Shown: positions 7,245 to 14,567, counted from the first letter of the stretch. The stretch is DNA of 24,000 bases from an uncultured Clostridia bacterium (GCA_947598585.1 CANQFK010000006.1:36418-60417); one strand, 5' to 3'. Translations and numbers: made by a program. Notes: a model not told the origin generated them from the letters alone.

Positions 7245-7282
7245 ACAGACCGATGAAAATTCGTCGGTCTGTTTTTTATTTT
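7245..7282 (+). terminator. Rho-independent terminator
   Basis: ACAGACCGA (7245..7253) pairs with TCGGTCTGT (7264..7272) in a perfect 9-bp stem, followed by TTTTTATTTT. Confidence 0.85.
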
Positions 7283-7304
7283 CGCAAGGCTACGCCGCAA
7301 AAAA

Positions 7305-7328
7305 TTTGCATTGACCTTTGCATTGACC
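7305..7328 (+). repeat. Perfect tandem direct repeat, 2 x 12 nt (tttgcattgacc)
   Basis: Read directly: 7305..7316 is identical to 7317..7328. The repeat lies 11 nt upstream of the -35 element of the flavin reductase promoter. Confidence 0.9.
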
Positions 7329-7338
7329 GAACAAACTC

Positions 7339-7367
7339 TTGCGTTTTTTTCCGTCATGTGATACAAT
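7339..7367 (+). promoter_or_regulatory. sigA-type promoter (extended -10) of the flavin reductase gene
   Basis: TTGCGT (7339..7344), a 17-nt spacer ending in TGa, then TACAAT (7362..7367). Confidence 0.6.
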
Positions 7368-7430
7368 ACGCTTGAAACGGAGGTATAAAAATATGTTAAA
7401 AGATCTCGGAGTAAAACCTTATGTTTCCCT

Positions 7431-7958
7431 ATGCCCGTGCTTATGATCGCGACATACGGCAAAGACGGTAAGGTAGACGTCATGAATATGGCTTGGGGCG
7501 GCATTTGCGACGAAAACCAAGTGGCGCTCAACATCAGCGAAAGTCACAAGACCTCGCAAAACATCAAGGAACGCGGCGCGTTCACTTTGAGTATAGCGGA
7601 TATTCCGCATATGGCGGAAGCGGACTATTTCGGCATAGCTTCCGGCAACGACATTTCGGACAAATTCGCAAAGACGGGGCTGACTGCGGTAAAGAGCACG
7701 CGCGTTGACGCACCCGTAATAACCGACTTCCCCCTTACCCTCGAATGTAGAGCAAAGGAATGTCAACACACCGAAACGGGATTCAGAGTTTTGGGCGAGA
7801 TCGTGAACGTCCTCGCTGACGAAAAAGTGCTGGTAAACGGCAAGGTCGATCCCAAAAAACTCAACGCGTTCGTGTTTGACCAATTCCAAAACGGCTATTA
7901 TGCCATCGGCGAAAAGGTGGGCACGGCGTGGGACGCAGGCGCCAAATTCATAAAATGA
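7431..7958 (+). CDS. Flavin reductase family protein (FMN-binding split barrel). The N-terminus appears displaced by a 1-nt frameshift (see findings).
   Basis: 175-aa ORF reading MPVLMIATYGKDGKVDVMNMAWGGI.., typical of the Flavin_Reduct family (PF01613). The expected N-terminal residues MLKDLGVKPYV, preceded by a strong GGAGG RBS, sit at 7393..7425 in another frame. Confidence 0.85.
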   Translation: MPVLMIATYGKDGKVDVMNMAWGGICDENQVALNISESHKTSQNIKERGAFTLSIADIPHMAEADYFGIASGNDISDKFAKTGLTAVKSTRVDAPVITDFPLTLECRAKECQHTETGFRVLGEIVNVLADEKVLVNGKVDPKKLNAFVFDQFQNGYYAIGEKVGTAWDAGAKFIK

Positions 7959-7973
7959 TCGTTTTAGTTTAGC

Positions 7974-8007
7974 AAAAAAGCAGTAACATACAAGTTACTG
8001 CTTTTTT
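7974..8007. terminator. Bidirectional rho-independent terminator between convergent genes
   Basis: AAAAAA-GCAGTAAC-atacaa-GTTACTGC-TTTTTT. This is an 8-bp stem flanked by an A6 run and a T6 run, so it can serve both the flavin reductase gene (+) and jag (-). Confidence 0.8.
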
Positions 8008-8023
8008 ATTGCTTTTAAGCAAA

Positions 8024-8926
8024 TTATTTCTTCTTGTTGTAAAGAATGACGACATGTCTGTTCGGTTCGTGTCCCTCGCTGCGCGTGAAGATCTGATCGT
8101 TATCGGCAAGCGCGGAATGTATTATCTTGCGTTCGTTGCTGTTCATGGGTTCGAGCGTGATCTTGTGACGGATCTTAATGCACTTGGCTGCCATTTTGTT
8201 GGCAAGCGCAATGAGGCTCTCCTTTCTCTTTTCGCGATAGCCGTTGCAATCCACCACCACATGATAGAATTTTTCCGACTCATGATTTATGATATAGTTG
8301 GTGAGATATTCTATGGAATCGAGCACGTCGCCATGATAGCCTATCAAGGTGCTGCTTTCGGTGCCGAGATCGATTTTGAGCCTGCCGTCCTCCACTTCCG
8401 TGCTTATCTTCGCTTCCACGTCCATTTTTTCTATAAGCGTGGTGACAAAATCCTCGGCTTTCTTTACGACCTCGGGAGTCACCGCCTCATATTGGCGCGG
8501 CTCTCTTTGAACGTTCTCCTCTTCCTTTTGCTCGGGACGAGGCTTTTTCTCTTCCTGCTGTTTTGCCTTTTGCTCTCTCGGCTTTTCCGCCTTATGTTCT
8601 CTTTGCTCTTTCGGCTTATCCTGCTTAGGCTCTCTCGCCTCGCGCTGTTCTCTTTTCTTTTCGGGCTTAGGCTCTGTAGCTTCCTTTATAGGTCTTTCGC
8701 GGTTCTCGCTCTTTGCCTTAACTTCTTGTTCGACCTTTGCGGGCTCTTCCTTTTTTTCGATAGGCGGCTCTTCGCCCTGAACGCTTATCCTTACCTTTGC
8801 CTTACGGAACAGTCCGCCGTTGTCGATTATTTCGACTTCGACCTCGTCGAGCGTCTTGCCGAGTTGATTCAGTCCGTTGTCGATCGCGTCCTTTAACTTT
8901 CTTCCTGTTGATTCAATTACGATCAT
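8024..8926 (-). CDS. jag: Jag/KhpB RNA-binding protein (Jag_N, KH and R3H domains) with a long charged linker
   Basis: 300 aa. The N-terminus MIVIESTGRKLKDAIDNGLNQLGKTLDEVEVEII matches Jag_N. The C-terminus ..GYHGDVLDSIEYL.. covers the KH domain and ..LEPMNSNERKIIHSAL..TRSEGHEPNRHVVI the R3H domain. The gene is last in the rpmH-rnpA-yidD-yidC-jag order. Confidence 0.9.
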   Translation of the reverse strand: MIVIESTGRKLKDAIDNGLNQLGKTLDEVEVEIIDNGGLFRKAKVRISVQGEEPPIEKKEEPAKVEQEVKAKSENRERPIKEATEPKPEKKREQREAREPKQDKPKEQREHKAEKPREQKAKQQEEKKPRPEQKEEENVQREPRQYEAVTPEVVKKAEDFVTTLIEKMDVEAKISTEVEDGRLKIDLGTESSTLIGYHGDVLDSIEYLTNYIINHESEKFYHVVVDCNGYREKRKESLIALANKMAAKCIKIRHKITLEPMNSNERKIIHSALADNDQIFTRSEGHEPNRHVVILYNKKK

Positions 8927-8941
8927 TAAAAATTCTAACTC

Positions 8942-10348
8942 CTATTTTTTATTATTTCTGTCATTCGGATCCGCGCGCCCGTGCTTGATGACCGTCGTAT
9001 GACGGTTCTCTCTGCCGAATATAAGATTCACTATAAGGCTTGTCACGAAGTTTATCAAAAGCGTCATTATAGAGTTGACTGCCATGTAAAGAGTGAACGC
9101 GCTCGAACTCGTAAGTGCGAATATGCCAAGCATTATGGGCATTATCCACAACATGGCTTTCATCATGCCCGCGCCGTTCCCCTGCAAAGTCTGACCCGAC
9201 TTCTTTTGCTGCATATTGGATATAACTTGCGACAATATGCTGAGTCCAACGACAAGTATCACCATGATAAGGTAGCCGTTGGTGTCGTAAAGGTCGCTAT
9301 GCTCTCTTACTTTGGCTGTGACTATCTGATAAGTTTCCTGTTTTATCAAGCTGTTGTATTTGCCTTGGTTGGGGTTTTCGCCGTTGTAAACGTCGCTGGG
9401 ATTTTTGTTGATGTCCTCGCTGAGATAGCCGTAACTTCTCATCGCGTCTTTGAAATTGCTCCACTGAGGAAGCGACTTCGACCAGGGAACGTCCGCTACC
9501 CACAAACTCTTTATCCAAAGAAATTTCGTGCGACTGCTCTCAAAAGCCGGAACGGTCTGTTCCTGCGCCCGCCCCTGCAAAAGAATACTCATGGCAAACG
9601 GGAAGTCCTCTTTTGTCGGATCTCCCGAGCCGCCCCTGCCCGCGTATTCGCGCACAAAGTCCTTATAAGACTTGCCCGCGTCGATAAATTCGGTCTTGTA
9701 GCGCATGAGCTTTTCGATATGATCGTTTATATGCGCGTGCTGAAATTCGCTTACTATCTCGGGTCCGAGGTAGCTGTCAAGCGTTTTTTCCGCGTCCTCG
9801 CCCGAGAAAACCTGTTGCAGCCATGCGTCTATCTCGGCATAATCCTCGGACTCGTCCAAGCTGAGTTGATATTCGTTTCCGTCCGTCCTTATGGTGTAAT
9901 CGAAGCCCGTGTCCTCGTACGCCGTGACATAGGCGTCGTACATTTCGACGTACTGTCTGAATTCCATGAACGAGCTGACCTGACGAAGCGCCGTAAAGAA
10001 TGTGATGAACAACACAAACGTGATGATAAGCGGGATACAAGCCGACATATAGCTGAATCCTGCTTTGCGATTGAGTTCCATCTGTTTTTGTTGCAACGTC
10101 TGCTTATCTTCGCCGTACTGCTTTTCGAGCCTTTCGAGTTGGGGTTTGAGTTGCTCGGTGATGCGTTGATTTTTGCGCATCTTGTATCTTTGATAGAAAT
10201 CGAGCGGCGACAAGATAAGTTTAAGAAAAATGACCAATACGACAATACGCCAACCGTAATTGCCTATAAAGCCGAATACATTGAGAATGAGCCATTCCCA
10301 AAGTCCCGTCGGTTCGGTCATTTGTACAGCCGATGTCAAAAAAGCCAT
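8942..10348 (-). CDS. yidC: YidC/Oxa1-family membrane protein insertase, unusually long (468 aa)
   Basis: The gene sits between yidD and jag. TM1 is GWRIVVLVIFLKLILSPL. A cytoplasmic coiled hairpin follows (QRITEQLKPQLERLEKQYGEDKQTLQQKQMELNRK), then TM2. The conserved FLWIKSLWVADVPW motif and three C-terminal TMs are present, with a basic tail. AGGAGA lies 6 nt upstream of the ATG. Confidence 0.9.
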   Translation of the reverse strand: MAFLTSAVQMTEPTGLWEWLILNVFGFIGNYGWRIVVLVIFLKLILSPLDFYQRYKMRKNQRITEQLKPQLERLEKQYGEDKQTLQQKQMELNRKAGFSYMSACIPLIITFVLFITFFTALRQVSSFMEFRQYVEMYDAYVTAYEDTGFDYTIRTDGNEYQLSLDESEDYAEIDAWLQQVFSGEDAEKTLDSYLGPEIVSEFQHAHINDHIEKLMRYKTEFIDAGKSYKDFVREYAGRGGSGDPTKEDFPFAMSILLQGRAQEQTVPAFESSRTKFLWIKSLWVADVPWSKSLPQWSNFKDAMRSYGYLSEDINKNPSDVYNGENPNQGKYNSLIKQETYQIVTAKVREHSDLYDTNGYLIMVILVVGLSILSQVISNMQQKKSGQTLQGNGAGMMKAMLWIMPIMLGIFALTSSSAFTLYMAVNSIMTLLINFVTSLIVNLIFGRENRHTTVIKHGRADPNDRNNKK

Positions 10349-10617
10349 TTAATATCTCCTTTACGGTTAATGGGCGGCGGGTCATATCCGCCGTCGTGAG
10401 CGGGGGTACATCTGAGCAATCGCTTTATGCCTAAAAAGACTCCTTTTATGCCGAATTCCTTGATACATTCGATCATGTAAGTCGAACAACTCGGATAATA
10501 AATGCAAACGTTGGGCATAAGCGGCGATAAACATTTTTTGTAAAAAAGTACGGGCAGAATGAACAACCACTTAAAGCTGAGAATATATAATAAAATTTTT
10601 CGCTTTTTCTTCTTCAT
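10336..10617 (-). CDS. yidD: Membrane protein insertion efficiency factor YidD
   Basis: 93 aa with the YKKCLSPLMPNVCIYYPSCSTYMIECIKEFG..RLLRCTPAHDGGYDP signature. It overlaps the yidC start by 13 nt. Confidence 0.9.
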   Translation of the reverse strand: MKKKKRKILLYILSFKWLFILPVLFYKKCLSPLMPNVCIYYPSCSTYMIECIKEFGIKGVFLGIKRLLRCTPAHDGGYDPPPINRKGDIKWLF

Positions 10618-10619
10618 TT

Positions 10620-10946
10620 TCAGCCCGTCAATTTCGCCCTTTGAAAAAGACCTCGTATGTCGTTTTTTATCGCTTGATAGTCGAGTTCCGTCGCCTTATG
10701 CTTTGCCACGAGCACCATCTGATAGTTAGGGAGAGGAAGCATGTCCTCTATGACGGCGCGCATACGGCGTTTCAGCTTGTTGCGAACGACGGCTTTGCCC
10801 AATTTGTTGCTTACGGAAAATCCGATCCTGAAAGTGGCGGATCTAACATAAAATAGAGAAAACGCCGCCGAAGCTTTGTTTTCTCCTTTACGATATACAA
10901 ATCCGAACGATCCGTGTTTTGTCAGTCTGTAAACTCTTTTCAGCAT
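10620..10946 (-). CDS. rnpA: Ribonuclease P protein component
   Basis: 108-aa basic protein containing ..VSNKLGKAVVRNKLKRRMR.. (the RNR motif region). It lies immediately downstream of rpmH. Confidence 0.9.
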   Translation of the reverse strand: MLKRVYRLTKHGSFGFVYRKGENKASAAFSLFYVRSATFRIGFSVSNKLGKAVVRNKLKRRMRAVIEDMLPLPNYQMVLVAKHKATELDYQAIKNDIRGLFQRAKLTG

Positions 10947-10983
10947 ATACCCGTGAAACGCATGCTATGCGTCACTTTAAGGC

Positions 10984-11136
10984 TTAGTGAGAGCCGAGCG
11001 GCTTGGCTGCGATATTCTTCCTGCCCTTTCTTCTGCGGCGAGCAAGCACTCTTCTTCCGCCCTGGGTCCTCATTCTCTGTCTGAATCCGTGCACCTTTGC
11101 GCGGGTTCTTTTCTTGGGTTGATAAGTTCTTTTCAT
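10984..11136 (-). CDS. rpmH: 50S ribosomal protein L34
   Basis: Below the ORF-track size cut-off. Reverse-strand translation from ATG 11136..11134 gives [50 protein letters not shown], with the stop at 10986..10984. An AGAGGAAA RBS lies upstream. The + ORF 10987..11187 is its antisense shadow. Confidence 0.9.
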   Translation of the reverse strand: MKRTYQPKKRTRAKVHGFRQRMRTQGGRRVLARRRRKGRKNIAAKPLGSH

Positions 11137-11172
11137 AATAGTTTCCTCTTATATTTAAAATTGCGCTTATAT

Positions 11173-11201
11173 ATTATAAAGAAATAATCCTTTAAAGTCA
11201 A
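11173..11201 (-). promoter_or_regulatory. sigA-type promoter of the rpmH operon
   Basis: On the minus strand, TTGACT (11201..11196), a 17-nt spacer, then TATAAT (11178..11173). Confidence 0.65.
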
Positions 11202-11265
11202 CCGATTTTCGGTCTTAATCGGGCAAAGTGCAAAAAAAGATTGATCTGACGCGGTTTTTCGCACA

Positions 11266-11301
11266 TAAAAAGCACGAAGCGCATAACTCCGTGCTTTTTT
11301 G
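11266..11301 (-). terminator. Candidate terminator after hppA (A-tract/stem/T-tract, potentially bidirectional)
   Basis: AGCACG (11271..11276) pairs with CGTGCT (11290..11295) around a 13-nt loop. The stem can be extended by flanking A/T runs. On the minus strand it is followed by only UUUUAU, so it is weak. Confidence 0.45.
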
Positions 11302-11319
11302 CTTTATAAGATCATTTTA

Positions 11320-13557
11320 TCAGAATCCGAATAACGAATTGAGATTCAACAAAGTCATAAGGTTGTATTCGTTGAATACGACTACGCACACGAGCGAGAT
11401 CGTGGACATTATCTTGATAAGGATATCGAGGGAGGGTCCGACCGTATCTTTGAGCGGATCGCCCACCGTGTCGCCGACGACAGCAGCCTCGTGAGTGGCG
11501 TCGCCTTTGTTTGCGCCCTCGACGCCGCCCGATTCGATGAACTTCTTGGCGTTGTCCCAAGCGCCGCCCGCGTTGCCCGTGAAGATCGCAAGCATGATCG
11601 CCGAAAGCGTCGCGCCTATGAGTATTCCGCCCACAAAGCCCGCGCCGAACACAAAGCCGCACACAACGGGAATGGCTATCGCAACGATAGACGGAACTAT
11701 CATCTGCTTTAACGCGCCCTGCGAAGAGATCGTTACGCACTTGGTGGAATCGGGATCTTCCTCGCCCGTGAGGATCTTGGGATTTTCATTGAATTGACGA
11801 CGAACCTCGTCTACCATTTGACGTGCCGCCTTTGCGACCGCGTTTATCAGCATACCGCTGAAAAGATACGGGATAGCCGCGCCTACTATTGCTCCGACTA
11901 TAACGTCGCCTCGTACAATGTTCAATGCGATCTGCGCCACACCGTCCAATGCGTTGCCCACATACGAGTAAAGTCCGCCCGCGAACAAATAGCTCGACAT
12001 CATGGAAAGCGTCGCCAAAGCGGCAGAACCTATCGCAAAGCCCTTGCCTATCGCGGCGGTGGTGTTGCCCACGGAGTCGAGTTTGTCGGTGATCTCGCGA
12101 ACGTCGGGATCGAGATGGCTCATTTCGGCAATGCCGCCCGCGTTATCGCTTATGGGTCCGTATGTGTCAACCGAAACGGTCGCTGCAACGAAAGAAAGCA
12201 TACCCATAGCGCCGCAACCTACGCCGTACATTCCGCCGAGCGCATAGCACGCGAAGATCGCTATGCCCAATACGATAACGGGAAGCATGGTGGATATCAT
12301 GCCCGTTGCCATACCTTGCGTAACGGTAAGCGCGGGGCCTTCTTTACTTGCATGAGCAATATTTTTGGTGGGCTTAAAGTCGTAACTTGTATAATATTCC
12401 GAAATAATACCTATCACAATACCGGCTACAATACCGAGAGCCGCCGCTATCCACGGAGTAAATGCTCCGCAAGAGAAATTGGCGCCTTTGAGCTGTCCCG
12501 CGTCCTCGCCGTTAAAGAGCAGATAGGTCATAATACCGCCGCCTATTATCGTCACGCCCGCGCTTATCCAGGTCGCGAGATTGAGTTCGCGGTGAGGATT
12601 GTCGGACAACTTGCGTTTTACGAGCGGATAGGATATTCCGATAACGCAACCTATAAGTCCGATCGCCGAGAACAGGAACGGGAAGAGCAACATCTTTTGA
12701 TACAGCGATTCCGAAGTAAAGGTCATATTATGCGCGAAAACTTCTATCGCGAGAATTGCGGTGGACATGATCGCGCCCATGTAACTTTCGAGCAGGTCTG
12801 CGCCGAGTCCGGCTACGTCGCCTACGTTATCGCCTACGTTATCGGCAATTGTCGCGGGATTGCGCGGATCGTCCTCGGGGATATGAGCCTCGGTCTTGCC
12901 TACAAGGTCCGCGCCCATGTCGGCAGCCTTGGTGTAAATTCCGCCGCCCACACGGTTGAAAAGCGCGATGATCGAGCAACCGAGCGCATAACCGGAAAGG
13001 ATTATGGAAAGGTTATATGCCTGATGTGTTATGGGATTGGTGTGAGTCACGGCTTGCAACCCCATTTCGCCGATCTCGGTGCCTATCATGTTCATGCCAA
13101 GACCGAAAGCGCAATACACTATGACTGCGCCGAGAAGCGCGAAGCCCGCTACGCAAAGTCCCATTACCGAGCCGCCTCTGAATGCGACTTTTAAAGTCTT
13201 GCCGGTGTTACGCGTTTCCTTTGCGGCGTTTGTAACTCTGACGTTGGCGTATGTAGCGATCTTCATACCCACAAATCCCGCGGTAGCCGACATGACTGCG
13301 CCGATAACGAACGCAACGCCCGCCTCCCACGCAATCAAAAGCGCGAGTATAACGGCGACGATGGCGCCGATGATCGCAACTATTTTGTACTCATAACGAA
13401 TGAATGCGTTTGCGCCCTCTCGTATCTTGGATGCGATGAATTGCATTCGCTCGTTTCCCTCTTTGAGTTTTTTGGTGAGGTAGAAGTTGAGCGCCGCATA
13501 TCCGAGCCCGAGAACAGATGCGAACATTACTATTATGATAAGTAATTGAGTGTTCAT
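11320..13557 (-). CDS. hppA: Membrane-bound ion-translocating pyrophosphatase, K+-dependent subtype
   Basis: 745 aa and polytopic. It carries the hallmark motifs DNVGDNVGDVAG, DNAGGIAEM, GGAWDNAKK and VGDTVGDPLKD. GNTTAAIGKG has Ala rather than Lys at the position that distinguishes K+-dependent enzymes. A GGAG RBS is present. Confidence 0.95.
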   Translation of the reverse strand: MNTQLLIIIVMFASVLGLGYAALNFYLTKKLKEGNERMQFIASKIREGANAFIRYEYKIVAIIGAIVAVILALLIAWEAGVAFVIGAVMSATAGFVGMKIATYANVRVTNAAKETRNTGKTLKVAFRGGSVMGLCVAGFALLGAVIVYCAFGLGMNMIGTEIGEMGLQAVTHTNPITHQAYNLSIILSGYALGCSIIALFNRVGGGIYTKAADMGADLVGKTEAHIPEDDPRNPATIADNVGDNVGDVAGLGADLLESYMGAIMSTAILAIEVFAHNMTFTSESLYQKMLLFPFLFSAIGLIGCVIGISYPLVKRKLSDNPHRELNLATWISAGVTIIGGGIMTYLLFNGEDAGQLKGANFSCGAFTPWIAAALGIVAGIVIGIISEYYTSYDFKPTKNIAHASKEGPALTVTQGMATGMISTMLPVIVLGIAIFACYALGGMYGVGCGAMGMLSFVAATVSVDTYGPISDNAGGIAEMSHLDPDVREITDKLDSVGNTTAAIGKGFAIGSAALATLSMMSSYLFAGGLYSYVGNALDGVAQIALNIVRGDVIVGAIVGAAIPYLFSGMLINAVAKAARQMVDEVRRQFNENPKILTGEEDPDSTKCVTISSQGALKQMIVPSIVAIAIPVVCGFVFGAGFVGGILIGATLSAIMLAIFTGNAGGAWDNAKKFIESGGVEGANKGDATHEAAVVGDTVGDPLKDTVGPSLDILIKIMSTISLVCVVVFNEYNLMTLLNLNSLFGF

Positions 13558-13602
13558 AAACTATCTCCTTTGAATATTTCGGCATTTTGACCGAACTATA
13601 TG

Positions 13603-13631
13603 ATTATATCATATTTAATTCGATAAGTCCA
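13603..13631 (-). promoter_or_regulatory. Extended -10 promoter of hppA
   Basis: On the minus strand, TGGACT (13631..13626), a 17-nt spacer ending in TGa, then TATAAT (13608..13603). Confidence 0.5.
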
Positions 13632-13671
13632 TTATTTATACTATAAAGCGACAAAAAAACCTGCTTTTTTT

Positions 13672-13717
13672 GATAAAAAAAGCGACATTTGTCATGCCGC
13701 GTTTTCTTTATGTCGCC
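13672..13717 (-). terminator. Candidate rho-independent terminator of the two-lipoprotein operon
   Basis: The minus-strand RNA pairs GCGACAU (13716..13710) with AUGUCGC (13688..13682) around a 21-nt loop, followed by UUUUUUUAUC. Confidence 0.5.
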
Positions 13718-13730
13718 TTATAAAAGCGTT

Positions 13731-14108
13731 TTATTTGATAAAGTCCACCGCTTCCTCGGTGCCGTAGATGACGGTGTTGCCCTTTTTTACGACGTCGAAA
13801 TTGGGAGTGGATATTCCCTTTTGCTTATTGTAAAAAGCCGTCGCTTCCTTGCCGTCGTTAAAGGTGACGACGTCCACCCTGTTCACCGTGTCCTTGGTGG
13901 CAAAAAACATGGCGCCCACCTTGTCGAGTTCAAAGCCCGAAAGCGACGCAAGATCCTGCGCGGTAGCCGACCCGAGCGGTATCTCCATGACGTTATAACC
14001 GTCCTCTTTGTATTTGGTTTTTATCTCTTCGTATTTAGGCGCGCACGAACATAAGCAAACTGCCGAGATCATGATCGCCAACACAACAAAAAAACTTTTT
14101 TTGTTCAT
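13731..14108 (-). CDS. Small putative lipoprotein or secreted protein, function unknown
   Basis: 125 aa. The signal peptide MNKKSFFVVLAIMISAVCLCSCAPK ends in a Cys cluster rather than a canonical lipobox. A GAGGAGAGG RBS is present. It lies 21 nt after the preceding gene. Confidence 0.7.
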   Translation of the reverse strand: MNKKSFFVVLAIMISAVCLCSCAPKYEEIKTKYKEDGYNVMEIPLGSATAQDLASLSGFELDKVGAMFFATKDTVNRVDVVTFNDGKEATAFYNKQKGISTPNFDVVKKGNTVIYGTEEAVDFIK

Positions 14109-14129
14109 AATAAAGATCCTCTCCTCTCT

Positions 14130-14519
14130 CTATTTTTTCGTATAAGAGCCTTTTATCTGGTCACTGCCCGAAATTATCAATTTGTCCTTGACTATTTTCG
14201 CCGTAGCGGTTTCCGTGACCGTCATTCTTTGCGCCTCGTCGTAATAGGAAAATTTGATAACGATAACGCCGTCCTGATCAGTAAATGTGCCCTTTCGCAC
14301 ATTGTGATCGTCGTTATCGAGGGGTCCGCCGTAAAGAGAACTCGACTTGGAAAGTTTGCGCTCGAATCTGAAATTTCCCGAAGCGGACAGCGTAACGGTG
14401 TACGAATTATTGCTTGCGTCGCTGCGACTGTATGTGCCCGCATAGTCGGTATAAGGTCCGCAACATACGCAAACGATCATGACCGAAATTACGACGAAAG
14501 CGGCGACAAACTTCTTCAT
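14130..14519 (-). CDS. Small putative lipoprotein or secreted protein, function unknown
   Basis: 129 aa. The signal peptide is MKKFVAAFVVISVMIVCVCCGPY and the mature part looks beta-rich. GGAGG lies 5 nt upstream of the ATG, and a strong promoter sits upstream. Confidence 0.7.
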   Translation of the reverse strand: MKKFVAAFVVISVMIVCVCCGPYTDYAGTYSRSDASNNSYTVTLSASGNFRFERKLSKSSSLYGGPLDNDDHNVRKGTFTDQDGVIVIKFSYYDEAQRMTVTETATAKIVKDKLIISGSDQIKGSYTKK

Positions 14520-14537
14520 AGGTTCCTCCGTTACTAT

Positions 14538-14567
14538 ATTATAGCCTTATATAAGGCAAAAAGTCAA
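14538..14567 (-). promoter_or_regulatory. sigA-type promoter of the two-lipoprotein operon
   Basis: On the minus strand, TTGACT (14567..14562), an 18-nt spacer, then TATAAT (14543..14538). Confidence 0.65.

Noticed and set aside
7417-7435. Programmed ribosomal frameshifting as the explanation for the split flavin reductase
   Set aside because: The site (CCT TAT GTT TCC CTA TGC) has no X-XXY-YYZ slippery heptamer, no obvious downstream stimulatory structure and no upstream Shine-Dalgarno-like stimulator. An indel in the T-run is the simpler explanation.
8009-8896. 295-aa + strand ORF rich in Leu/Phe repeats
   Set aside because: It is antisense to jag. The L/F/R repeats simply mirror the K/E/Q-rich linker codons on the other strand.
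9142-9150. Perfect DnaA-box consensus TTATCCACA. Because the rpmH-rnpA-yidC-jag cluster usually neighbours dnaA/oriC, I looked for an origin.
   Set aside because: It is a single box inside the yidC coding sequence. I found no cluster of boxes, no AT-rich unwinding element and no dnaA in the window. The gene upstream of rpmH here is hppA, so there is no evidence for oriC.
8981-10399. 472-aa + strand ORF
   Set aside because: It is antisense to yidC/yidD. The minus strand has the conserved YidC/YidD motifs and operon context.
11794-13194. 466-aa + strand ORF
   Set aside because: It is antisense to hppA, whose pyrophosphatase motifs are unambiguous.
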